This document shows, in pieces, positions 30,701 through 38,159 of a DNA stretch of 64,000 bases. The notes beneath the pieces are model-generated. The model was not told the origin of the DNA. It saw nothing but the letters and a program-made list of their open reading frames with translations, and made no database searches. Made by a program: the position numbers and the translations under genes. Origin of the DNA: Candidatus Komeilibacteria bacterium (GTDB lineage: Bacteria > Patescibacteriota > Patescibacteriia > UBA1558 > UBA10009); the NCBI GenBank assembly GCA_030688315.1, contig JAUYIT010000027.1, positions 33,135 through 97,134 on the forward strand, given 5' to 3'. Every line of letters begins with the position of its first letter. Position 1 is the stretch's first letter.

Positions 30701-33700
30701 GTTATAATCGAGTTGAACTGCACCGCGATTTTGGCATTAAGGCAGGCGTTTTGGTAAGAAGGATAGGGCGAGGGGCTTTGCGGCTGAATGGAGCACGACT
30801 GGCTGAATAAAATGCCAAAATCGCGGGGCACAATTTCCACTTGCGCCGTGCCTTGTCCGCTCTGGCCCTCATCGTTGCTGGCTTGAGCCGTAATATTAAC
30901 CGGACTTTGCGTGATTGCCTTAGCCGTCATCAAACTTTGGTTAACGCGGGATTCCGTGTCAATTTCCGCCTGATTTGGATTGGAAGAATTCCATGACCAG
31001 CTAAATGTATCCGGACAAATATTGCAGTTTTCGGCGTTATAAGGATAACCGCTATATGTTACCTCATCATTTAAATACACCGGATTGTTGTTTCTGATCA
31101 ATCGCTGATTGGGGTTTACGCTGACAGCGTTAATTTGGCAAACTTCATTATTATCTCTAGTTTTAAAAAACCAAACATACGGCTCGGCCATGGCCAAATT
31201 TTCTTGCTCGCTTCTTAAATCACCTAAGGTAACTTGATACCAAGTTGAAGGTTGCAAAGCCGAAGACAAACTTAAAACAAAATATTCACCGCTGTTGCCT
31301 TGGCCGAATTCAAATTCGCCATCAATATTTTGAACTTGGGCGCAGTTCCCGGGCGTTTCACCGTTGCCGCATGACTTAACAACCACCGTTGAACCAAGAT
31401 CAAACGATGCGTTGTTCATGTCGGTATTAAAGGTGGCGGAAATTTGAGTATTAACAAAATTATTCAAACTGTTTTTAAGCGGTGTGGGTGAAGCTAGCCC
31501 TAATTGACACGATTGGCTTTCCACCACTTCGGGCACCACGCAGTTTTCACAAGTGGTAAACTGCCATTGATAATATGAATCGGGTGATTCTTCTTCTCCG
31601 CCTGCTCCGCCGGTCACTGAAAAATCCAAACTATTGCTTTGCAACTCGTTATTAATAACTACTTTAACCGGGCCGGAGCGGGCGCCCTCGGGCACGGGCA
31701 CGTTGTTAAAATGCTGGTTCTGATTATCGGGCCGGGCGTTTAAATTCTGCTCGCCCAGTTTTAAAGTTCCACCATTAAAATACTCGCCGGCCACTTCAAA
31801 GGTGGATCCAACTTGGCCTTCGCGCGGATATAAACTGCAAATGCCCGGTGCCAGATCGGCTTCGGCCTGATAATCAAAGGACTGGTCAGTGGTATCCTGC
31901 CGGCCGTCAGCTCTTTGCACCATAATGGTGCCATCAGCCGCGCCTTCAGGGACTTTAACAATAATATGATCGTCCTGCCAAAAACTGCTATCAGCGCGGC
32001 ACTCCACCGGAAAATCAAAAGTACCTTCAACATTATCAGTAAAAATAACTTTGCTTTGACCTTCCTGATATTGGCCGAAATCGGAACCGTAAATATTAAC
32101 GTACTGGCCAACGTTGCCGTTCTTAGGTTCAAAATCAACGATGTTGGGATAATTATTTTCCGGCAAAACCGTAATGGCCAAAGCGTTGCTATCTTGTCCG
32201 TCAATCCTGACCCTAACCGAAGTTTGACCCGGATTTAAATTAGGCAAATTTGCCGAAACAAAGGCGCGACCCTCTACCGCCCGCCACACCGGACCCGCGG
32301 CAGCAAGATTTTGCTCCGCCCGGCCAAAATAAACACTCTTTTCCTGATTGGGATCGTTAATGTTGCCAAACTGATAGCCGACCAAGGTAAAATTTGCGCC
32401 GGGCGGATTCTGGTCGGGCACCAACATGCAAATACCCGGACGTTCAATGTCATTGACCGAAAAATCAACCCTGTTGCTGGTTAAATTCTGGCTGGTGATC
32501 ACGCTTAATTGAGTATTGCCTAAATCCAATTCAATCGGCAATTCCAAAATAATTTGCGTATCGGTCCAGCTGGCCTGGCAAAATCTGGGCAAGCGACCCT
32601 CAACATCGCCGATAAAAATTTGGCCGGGAGTATTGCCAAAACCGCGGCCGCTAATGGTGACCCAGTTGCCTTTGGCGCCATTATCCGGGCTAACCGCCAT
32701 AATTCTGGGCGGTTGTTGGCACAAGCAGGAATCAACATTGCAAACATTGGAAGCGCAGATTTGATTGTCAGCGTCAGTACAGCGATTCTCGATAACTTCG
32801 CCGCAAGGGTCGCCTGCGCAGGCGCCGCAAGCACCACCGCAATCTACGCCGGTTTCTTCAAAGTTTTCGTCTTGAATATTATTAAAACAGTGCGCCGGCC
32901 TGATTAACACGCTAGCCCGCCCTAAGGCGGACTCATGGCCGGCCGCGTCATAAGCGCGGGTAGTTAGTTCAAAAGCTTGGGGCTGAAGATTGTTAGTGGG
33001 CCATTCCGTCTGCGCCAAAAATTCCAGGGGCGTATCTTGGCCCGCTTCATTGGTATTTAAAAAATTGCCGGCCACAAAAAAATCAACTGAAGTAAGCCCG
33101 CCGTCATCGGTGGCTTGAGCGAATAAATTATAAACTTCATCAAGCGAAAAAATCGCCCGGCCGGTTAAATCAAAATGCTGGCCGGCGCGGTTAACTGCTT
33201 CAGTAAAATCCACCGAGGGATTTTGGGTATCCACCAAACCGCCGACCCTGAATTCCCCCACGCAACTATTGCCATTACAGGTCACGGCCAGCCCGCCCAC
33301 GCTTCTTAAGGAAACACCGGCCTCGGATAAAACCGTGACGCGGTAAAGATTTAGGTCAGCGTTGTTTTCATCATAACCAAAGCAGAACAATCGCTCATTG
33401 GGTTCCGGACAATTGGTTTGCGGCGTAAATTTAACCCGTTGCTGATTATTAGGATCAATGGTCAAAGTTCCGGCTACTCTTTCAAACCCGCCCTGGCCGT
33501 TGGCGCGTTCAACTCTAATACCTTCCTGATTTGTTAATACATTATTTTCGTCGATTAAAGCGGGATTAATAACTTGGCTAAAGCTGATTTGAGGGACAAC
33601 ATTTCTGATTCTTTGCTGGCCACGGGGCAGAATGCTGGTCACCCTAAACTGACGTTGAAGATCGGGAATGTCGGGGTCACCCGGCCCGCCTGGCCCGCCA

Positions 33701-34086
33701 GGCACGCCGGTGGCGCTGCTTAAACGGCTGATTATAAAAGCGGTAATAGCGTAGGCCGATAAAATAACAGCCAGGCCAATCACGGCATTAGTCATGATTT
33801 TTTTGGCGTCGGCGATTTTGTCTTCTTCGCCGCCCGCCGTCATCCATAAAAAACCGGCGTAGATGATTAAACCCGTGGCAATCACGCCTAAAAACCCGAG
33901 AAAAATATTAATGATTAATGCGATGGTGTCCTTGAGTCCGCGCGTGCCTAAATTAACACTAGTCAAATCATTAACGCCGTAATTATCAATATTTTGCGCC
34001 AAAACCGCTGACGGGGCGATTACAACAACCGCGCTAATAAACAGCAGGAAGATAAGTATTAATTTGGTTTTGCGTTTTATAAACAT
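24715..34086 (-). CDS. giant (3123 aa) Cys-rich cell-surface protein: N-terminal VirB2/TrbC-like pilin module + Ig-like + IPT/TIG + coiled coil + CGDG...EQCD Cys repeats + C-terminal lectin/ConA-like domain
   Basis: Single uninterrupted ORF (ATG...TAA). Residues 1-120 carry a signal peptide and a two-helix hairpin (IINIFLGFLGVIATGLIIYAGFLWMTAGGEEDKIADAKKIMTNAVIGLAVILSAYAI). Several IPT/TIG-like segments follow (e.g. PRIMAVSPDNGAKGNWVTISGRGFG, PNIVDFEPKNGNVGQYVNIYGSDFG), then a long Q/N/L-rich coiled coil (residues ~1980-2130) and at least 8 CGDG(I/V)xxxxEQCD Cys-rich repeats (~2560-2870). The terminal ~250 aa are beta-rich and lectin-like. More than 150 Cys overall. Confidence 0.85.
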   Translation of the reverse strand: MFIKRKTKLILIFLLFISAVVVIAPSAVLAQNIDNYGVNDLTSVNLGTRGLKDTIALIINIFLGFLGVIATGLIIYAGFLWMTAGGEEDKIADAKKIMTNAVIGLAVILSAYAITAFIISRLSSATGVPGGPGGPGDPDIPDLQRQFRVTSILPRGQQRIRNVVPQISFSQVINPALIDENNVLTNQEGIRVERANGQGGFERVAGTLTIDPNNQQRVKFTPQTNCPEPNERLFCFGYDENNADLNLYRVTVLSEAGVSLRSVGGLAVTCNGNSCVGEFRVGGLVDTQNPSVDFTEAVNRAGQHFDLTGRAIFSLDEVYNLFAQATDDGGLTSVDFFVAGNFLNTNEAGQDTPLEFLAQTEWPTNNLQPQAFELTTRAYDAAGHESALGRASVLIRPAHCFNNIQDENFEETGVDCGGACGACAGDPCGEVIENRCTDADNQICASNVCNVDSCLCQQPPRIMAVSPDNGAKGNWVTISGRGFGNTPGQIFIGDVEGRLPRFCQASWTDTQIILELPIELDLGNTQLSVITSQNLTSNRVDFSVNDIERPGICMLVPDQNPPGANFTLVGYQFGNINDPNQEKSVYFGRAEQNLAAAGPVWRAVEGRAFVSANLPNLNPGQTSVRVRIDGQDSNALAITVLPENNYPNIVDFEPKNGNVGQYVNIYGSDFGQYQEGQSKVIFTDNVEGTFDFPVECRADSSFWQDDHIIVKVPEGAADGTIMVQRADGRQDTTDQSFDYQAEADLAPGICSLYPREGQVGSTFEVAGEYFNGGTLKLGEQNLNARPDNQNQHFNNVPVPEGARSGPVKVVINNELQSNSLDFSVTGGAGGEEESPDSYYQWQFTTCENCVVPEVVESQSCQLGLASPTPLKNSLNNFVNTQISATFNTDMNNASFDLGSTVVVKSCGNGETPGNCAQVQNIDGEFEFGQGNSGEYFVLSLSSALQPSTWYQVTLGDLRSEQENLAMAEPYVWFFKTRDNNEVCQINAVSVNPNQRLIRNNNPVYLNDEVTYSGYPYNAENCNICPDTFSWSWNSSNPNQAEIDTESRVNQSLMTAKAITQSPVNITAQASNDEGQSGQGTAQVEIVPRDFGILFSQSCSIQPQSPSPYPSYQNACLNAKIAVQFNSIITDGLLAADALTLKQRGNNQTVAVTMAGGIYYEAGGRNGLRGVIFESEQNLLPNTWYEVSLNNNLANVDGGQFIGARSWQFKTQSGNELCQFNTVLVIPGTAILQPQESQNYSAETVDRESCQLLKEPNDLRWSWLSENETVAEVGQSNNHQNSALAKEIGETKIRAQALGEENTGNNGKLTVSQGEDIYLTITQHHPSGENVCQNALGQVRFNLGINQDLITPANFIVVEHGNDCPEAGCAVLTDISFNQDKTIISLLPQENNNLWKQQTRYEIKIRGNAEGIKTADEEELAQRGCGQGMIWDAGTAACSWSFTVGQNRCEVAAIEVTPASATINIGTWQEWSAYAVSAEGELLSDPIENWRTANANIATVDFSEGDTSRAQSRGIGEGETVIAAIIGNAPPGTASIRVNDILNGPAITGVVPQDGAQSVCRNAMVKVDFDKLLNKDTVKQNNFQLEYQVEAASQPAGCREEVVYHQNSGNWLSADNLIGQWLNNLAGKIFSSLWNSLFNRAQAVAYWCPVAGQWLEEHAGGQSQVYFSLTQALPVVSTVRATVVGGENGVKAVNGQPLAGNFSYSFRTGPDVCDLDFVTVAADQESGQKDWTFTTSFDNETDNNVEGENAEKFDTIYDGDKKYTASGFSQTGEQLAAIAGVYEWNWQWQTSNQSVAALDQSGPGFMVVKAQNKNGQSNIIASAVFPAVYQKPALSASAKAIVDICENRWNPITGDLNPDYKFIDPTYNFSLSYCRDAGGAGTMDDLPALFEPQPLDISSDNDPAKDDLLREYLIPVPTTGDVLGLRVYKNNLHLNPRAWYQKNINAAVQGNPSNTEVDGYEAIQDGRTVYVAAANVPQGSLSYNSDNNPVFVKADGWLANLWQGLKNVLADLSVNNILAAVAPPGTPPVAAFQQNFQNFNVVANRFANEGFRPADLAGAQADLNQARADYNRAALVQEGVSPQELNAYEAQLANLAADLTRYQGLVNGQTDLQNLLNELNRLQITGQQADRFIADFNNFNQGLSNGLQTSDLTDFEKQLDALQANADDLAGDLNVVVPNFNANDFRVINVGYRVNRINNAYTNIYLLSYNQNASPKTMEIVKRLMAKWQFNSNIDNPDLKEKLRRDVKRLADLTAVTQTVEAYQAGHNGAVPALTAGSFLSGRSNSKWPSWNQTLAPALSASLPVDPINKFNKCVVCTEPELVNAGFEDPNDLAGPAAAGDPGLNDESGWRLTLERAGLGVSHNTNRSFVKEGSASLGILSRNAQTGIVQPISLLPNTTYELSAWVYVVSGRAHLTFDGNDYGNEWLTPPDVTGWVLLKNRLVTNPAVGGGANGSNNFIFIRSHEGAATFYVDQATIQTQGGNCGYDRQTCWNPDANQSRGAFACDADSYFYSYETIGNNNYLLAAKMETTATWLSDQDQANRFNPHFRLSTAGVLGCNTQPIGARCGDGVVNGNEQCEPGMSNNYCPAGARWYTPRYLGCEAVGSKFGECTWVNPDNYGDDWDNLSIGQRCGGYCGDGILNSADWDYQISPAEQCDISAEAGADGFSNGVINGSDRDNQYACSASCRDIGGWCGDNIVQSFYGEQCDGNANGWSCQDGSTPSCNNNTCGVSCDSGGAYYGRCGDGYKQPEELCDGQIGVSQNNYCANSCQLLRCLDGYDACIDGGSVANGCETNIAYDINHCGRCGHRCPQPAHSSAVCSAVRGGWGCSFNCNDGYHREGDVCVASAECGNDVIEVGEACDDGPNNGNGNYCRADCSGFDLGQRIFLDNFDDAGVYSVPTGESWLAREHGNFEPAVWSIVQLNDDNNPFTLQGANPSDGDPQCGSSDRWFLKALVPPVFDVQNQNQNVTIVSRIKIKQGNPNTLILGNYDYNAQNAGQESAYALWPNINNQHRLSLVKVNRMDEHSGTDGVMSVLDQFSPVVENQPSLVPSETWYWLAMKISHSGNRANIKYIDWQDGEAMPAVADWHNATDNDNALNGRTFGVAVWGDCSTSWYDDFQVYIP
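33712..34086 (-). other. VirB2/TrbC-like pilin module (signal peptide + two hydrophobic helices with GGEEDKIADAKK loop) at the N-terminus of the giant protein
   Basis: Near-identical to residues 1-125 of the 592-aa paralogue and similar to residues 140-213 of the 327-aa protein at 56932..57915. Confidence 0.6.
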
Positions 34087-34096
34087 TTATCTTTTT

Positions 34097-34142
34097 GTCA
34101 TTGCTTCGTCGCCCGCCGATTCGGCGGGCTCCTGGCAATGAC
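34097..34142. repeat. short repeat-family copy (gtcattgc-ttcgtcg-cccgccgattcggcgggc-tcctg-gcaatgac) between the two pilin-module paralogues
   Basis: Shares the gtcattgc/gcaatgac terminal inverted repeat with copies at 3520 and 53368 and the gcccgccgattcggcgggc hairpin with 20478 and 53440. It may act as the terminator of the 592-aa gene. Confidence 0.7.
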
Positions 34143-34143
34143 G

Positions 34144-35922
34144 TTACTGGCAGTTAGGACTAACCTGCCCATCATCGCACGGGCCAACGGCCGGATTCAA
34201 ACAATTTTGATACATGTCCTGGATGCCGGCGGTCAGGCGCGGATTATAAACCGTTAACGGATTCAAATAAGGCGAGTAAGTCCTGATTACAGCCGTTGTT
34301 GCCCGATCAACATTTTGCTTGTAAACATTAAAACCGCCTTCCGGATAGCAAGTTAGGTCATCAGGAAATTCCGCCCCGTCGCAGGCGAATTTATAAACGG
34401 TATAGTTATCGCTGTTAACGGTGGAAGAGCGCAACAGTTCGCTAAAGCGCGCGTTGATCCGGCTGTTTTTGGGCACAGTGTCGGAACCCTGCTCCGGAGT
34501 GATACTTCTAACGGTTGGGGGCGTTAAATCCAGTTCATCGGTGGTATTAAAAGAAGAAGTGTAATTATCGTCGGGCTGGCCTTGAGCCGCGCCGTTAGCG
34601 TTGCCGTCCAAAGAATTGCCCGCGGCATCGGTAATACCCGATAACGGATCAAGCGTTTCGTTGTTGTTGACAATGGCGGCCTTAGCCAAAATAGCCAGCA
34701 GTTCGCTGCCCGGCAAACATTTGGGCGTTACCCCGCAGGAATTTTGTTCAACCGGCTGGCCGTTAACCTCACATACGGCAACCGGAATAAATTCCACGGT
34801 TCTAAAACGGTTGCTGATCATAAACTCGCCCGCTAAATATTGAACCGCTTCCTGTTCATTTTCATAACTGATTAAAATATTATTAAACGGTTCCTGGGCA
34901 TTGCCAGTCGCCACGCCAGTGGCGCTAAGCAAATTAACGGCCTCATTAAAATTGATTTGGAAAATAGCGTTTTTAGGTACGTTTGCACCGGCGGCCGGTT
35001 CCACGCTTTCCACTTGAGGCGGGGTTAAATCCGATAAATTGGAAACCTGGAACGACCAGTTAAAACCGCCGCTAAAGAAAGCTCTGTTGCCGCCAACTTT
35101 GGCAATCTGGTCGCTTAAATTAACCGTGTAATCGCTATTACCGTCCCCCGAACCCAGTAAAGGATTGGGATTAAAAACAAAATCACGGTTATTGCGGGTT
35201 AAGGCGATTACCTGGTTGGCCGCCAAAAAAGAATTGTCCGCGCTTCTGTTAATAATCTTGACTGACGGCACAACGGAATTGTCGCGCAAAGTAAATTCTT
35301 TAAGGTTGCCGCAAATTATTTCTTGAGGCAGGCCGGCGCATTCTTGCGGACGATTTTGAGTGTTAATGATGGTGGCCGTATCCATGGCTTCCTTAAAACT
35401 GACCATCAGCAGTACGTTGCGCGGAACGTCTCTGGCGCCCGGTTCCGGATAAACGTCGCGTAAAATTCCCCCGCCCAAAGCGCCGATGTTAACGTCAAAA
35501 GACCCTCTGCCCCCGCTGGGATCTTCGCCTCCCCGAGTGGCTTCATCCAGCCGGCTGATAATAAAACGGGCAATTAAATATGAAGACATGATAATAGCCA
35601 GGCCAATGACGGCGTTGCGGATGATTTTTTTGGCGTCGGCGATTTTGTCTTCTTCGCCGCCTGAAGTCATCCATAACCAGCCGGCATAGATAATGAGGCC
35701 CGTGGCAATCACCCCCAAAAACCCGAGAAATATATTAATGACCAAGGCGATAGTATCCTTAAGTTGGCGCGTGCCCAAATTGACCGAATCAAGATCATTA
35801 ATACCAAAATCGTCAGCGCTTTGCGCCAGTGCCAAAGCCGGTAAAACAAAAACAGCCACAATAAAGATACTCATCAATAAAGTAGCTGTTTTAAAGTTTA
35901 AGTTAAAAACCCTTAAAAGCAT
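34144..35922 (-). CDS. 592-aa surface protein: N-terminal VirB2/TrbC-like pilin module + Ig-like (SbsA/Big-type) domains, Cys-rich C-terminus; paralogue of the giant protein N-terminus
   Basis: Residues 40-125 (LKDTIALVINIFLGFLGVIATGLIIYAGWLWMTSGGEEDKIADAKKIIRNAVIGLAIIMSSY) are about 85% identical to the giant protein. The remainder is beta-rich and ends CLNPAVGPCDDGQVSPNCQ. Confidence 0.8.
   Translation of the reverse strand: MLLRVFNLNFKTATLLMSIFIVAVFVLPALALAQSADDFGINDLDSVNLGTRQLKDTIALVINIFLGFLGVIATGLIIYAGWLWMTSGGEEDKIADAKKIIRNAVIGLAIIMSSYLIARFIISRLDEATRGGEDPSGGRGSFDVNIGALGGGILRDVYPEPGARDVPRNVLLMVSFKEAMDTATIINTQNRPQECAGLPQEIICGNLKEFTLRDNSVVPSVKIINRSADNSFLAANQVIALTRNNRDFVFNPNPLLGSGDGNSDYTVNLSDQIAKVGGNRAFFSGGFNWSFQVSNLSDLTPPQVESVEPAAGANVPKNAIFQINFNEAVNLLSATGVATGNAQEPFNNILISYENEQEAVQYLAGEFMISNRFRTVEFIPVAVCEVNGQPVEQNSCGVTPKCLPGSELLAILAKAAIVNNNETLDPLSGITDAAGNSLDGNANGAAQGQPDDNYTSSFNTTDELDLTPPTVRSITPEQGSDTVPKNSRINARFSELLRSSTVNSDNYTVYKFACDGAEFPDDLTCYPEGGFNVYKQNVDRATTAVIRTYSPYLNPLTVYNPRLTAGIQDMYQNCLNPAVGPCDDGQVSPNCQ
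35548..35922 (-). other. VirB2/TrbC-like pilin module of the 592-aa paralogue
   Basis: See 33712..34086. Confidence 0.6.
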
Positions 35923-35961
35923 GGCGGGATTTTAATTCACAATCAACCAGTGATTGTTGTT

Positions 35962-36405
35962 TTATTTTAGTTTTTCCTTAACCAAAGCGGAAATTCTTTG
36001 ACCGGCAACCGTGCCTTTGGTTTCGGCCATCACCATTTTCATGGCCTGGCCAAAATCCTTGGCCTCAAAATTGTTGGCACCGATTACTTTATCAACAATG
36101 ACGGCCAAATCAGCGTCATTCATTTCGGCCGGCAGATAACCGATCAAATGCTCAAGTTCGCCTGTTTCCTTATCTACCAAATCCTGCCGACTGGCCTGCT
36201 GGTAGCTGGCAATGGAATCGTTTCTTTTTTTGATTTCCGAACGCAAGGCCTTGACCATTTCCTCTTCCGTCAAGTCGCCCATTTTTTGAATCTGGGCGTT
36301 TTTTAAAGCCGCCTTGAACATTCGCAAAGTACCCACCTTGCTTTCGTTTTTAGCTTTTTGGGCTAAGATTAAATCCGCGTCAATTTGTTCAGCCAAGTTT
36401 GGCAT
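35962..36405 (-). CDS. yqeY: GatB/YqeY domain protein
   Basis: 147 aa with the YqeY family pattern. Directly follows rpsU, as in many Firmicutes-type operons. Confidence 0.85.
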   Translation of the reverse strand: MPNLAEQIDADLILAQKAKNESKVGTLRMFKAALKNAQIQKMGDLTEEEMVKALRSEIKKRNDSIASYQQASRQDLVDKETGELEHLIGYLPAEMNDADLAVIVDKVIGANNFEAKDFGQAMKMVMAETKGTVAGQRISALVKEKLK

Positions 36406-36437
36406 GCTAAATTTAGTTAGCGAATCTTAGATAAATT

Positions 36438-36692
36438 TTAACGTCTTTTTTTGCCGCGGCTGTTGCGGTCCAAAACGTCGTCCAGTTTGCCGATTTTGCG
36501 CAAATATTCGCGTTCGCTCCTGATTTCACCGCGCCTGATAGCGCTGGCTTTTTGCGCCCGTTTGCTGATGGGTTTTTGGTGAAAGCGGACTTTTTTGGCC
36601 TGGATCAGCTTGCCGCTCTGAATGGTTTTGCGGGTGAATCTTCTGATTAAGGATTCAAAGCTTTCGTTGTCTTTCTTTTTTACTTCTAGCAC
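36438..36692 (-). CDS. rpsU: 30S ribosomal protein S21
   Basis: 84 aa, basic, with an RRF..K...G and KR..KASA.RR core resembling S21. Confidence 0.7.
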   Translation of the reverse strand: MLEVKKKDNESFESLIRRFTRKTIQSGKLIQAKKVRFHQKPISKRAQKASAIRRGEIRSEREYLRKIGKLDDVLDRNSRGKKRR

Positions 36693-36812
36693 AATAATAC
36701 ACCTTCCTTTCTTAATAAGATAATTTCCCGGCTTTTAGCCGAAAAAAATACTATATAACTCATATAGTAATAACACATTTAAAAAAATTAGTAAAGTGTA
36801 AAACTAATCAAA

Positions 36813-38147
36813 CTACTGGTCGCTGACCACGGATTTTTCCAAACGTTTTTTAATTTCGGTCACGGCTTTATGGAAATCCACCACTTCCTGAATGCCGTTT
36901 TCCATATCCCTAATCATCACAGTGTCATCAATAATTTCTTTTTGCCCTAAAATAATAGTGAACTTAACGCCCAGTTTATCGGCCATTTCTAATTGAGGTT
37001 TTAAACCGCTTTTGGCAAAATTTTCCGCCACCCTAATGCCGGCCTGTTGCAGTTCTTCAAATAAAACAATGGCTTTTTTTCTGGCTTCCGGCCCTAGTTG
37101 GCCCAAAAAAATCTCGGGCTTGGGTTTTTCCGGCACCTTGGCGTCGGTTTCCTTTATTTGAGCGATAAATCTTTCCACGCCGCAGGCAAAACCGGAAGCC
37201 GGCGTGGGATTACCGCCCAGTAATTCCAATAAACCATCGTAACGGCCTCCCCCGCCCAAAGCGCTTTGGCGGCCGGCTTCGGAACTAGGAGAACCCGCTT
37301 CATCGGCACCGGACCAAATTTCAAAAGTTGTTTTGGTGTAATAATCCAAACCGCGCACAATGGTGGGGTTAAGAGCGTACGGCACACCCAGATCATCAAG
37401 ATATTCCAGCACCTGCGTAAAATGGTTACGACAATCTTCGCATAAAAAATCAATCTGCTGAGGTGCTTCGGCAATAATGGGCAGATCTTCTTTTTCCTTG
37501 GAATCCAAAACCCGCATGGGATTTTTTAACAATCGGGCCTGCGAAACTTCGCTTAATTTACTTTTCTGTTTTTTTAAATAATCTTTAAGCTCATTTTCAA
37601 AATCCGGCCGGCACGAAGGGCAACCGATGCTGTTGATTTGAATGTTGACAGGTAAATTGATGGCCTGGTAAATTTTGCTGGCAATTAAAATCAGCTGGGC
37701 GTCAATAATCGCGTCGGGTTCGCCAATTACTTCAAAACCAAATTGGTAGTGCTGGCGATAACGGCCGGCCTGGGGCCGATCGCGCCTAAACATTGGTTCA
37801 AAATAGTACAACTTGACGGGCTGGGGCAAATTTAACATGCCATGCTCAATGTAAGCCCGACCAACAGCGGCCGTGCCTTCGGGCCGCAAAGCCAAATTAT
37901 CTTCGCCCTGATCCACAAAAGAATACATTTCTTTTTCCACAATATCGGTAGAAGTACCCACGGCCCGCACAAACAAATCCGAAAATTCCAGCACCGGCGT
38001 ATCAATTCTGGAAAAACCGTATGACTTGGCCACCCGGTCGATTAAATCCCTGGTAAAATCCCAATAACGCTGTTCTTCGGGCAAAATATCGCGCATGCCT
38101 TTAACCAGCTGAAACGGTTTTCTTTTTTTAACTTCTTTTTTTAACAT
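36813..38147 (-). CDS. hisS: histidine--tRNA ligase
   Basis: 444 aa. Class II motifs (LRPEGTAAV motif 2 region, GGGRYDGL motif 3) and a C-terminal anticodon-binding domain. Confidence 0.93.
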   Translation of the reverse strand: MLKKEVKKRKPFQLVKGMRDILPEEQRYWDFTRDLIDRVAKSYGFSRIDTPVLEFSDLFVRAVGTSTDIVEKEMYSFVDQGEDNLALRPEGTAAVGRAYIEHGMLNLPQPVKLYYFEPMFRRDRPQAGRYRQHYQFGFEVIGEPDAIIDAQLILIASKIYQAINLPVNIQINSIGCPSCRPDFENELKDYLKKQKSKLSEVSQARLLKNPMRVLDSKEKEDLPIIAEAPQQIDFLCEDCRNHFTQVLEYLDDLGVPYALNPTIVRGLDYYTKTTFEIWSGADEAGSPSSEAGRQSALGGGGRYDGLLELLGGNPTPASGFACGVERFIAQIKETDAKVPEKPKPEIFLGQLGPEARKKAIVLFEELQQAGIRVAENFAKSGLKPQLEMADKLGVKFTIILGQKEIIDDTVMIRDMENGIQEVVDFHKAVTEIKKRLEKSVVSDQ

Positions 38148-38159
38148 AATCTTTCTGGT

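Noticed and set aside
34087-34146. The 592-aa and 3123-aa pilin-module genes being one split gene
   Set aside because: They are in the same frame, but the 57-nt gap contains a second in-frame stop (TAA at 34087-34089) and is occupied by a repeat element. The 592-aa protein also has its own complete C-terminal Cys-rich end. This is tandem paralogy, not a nonsense split.
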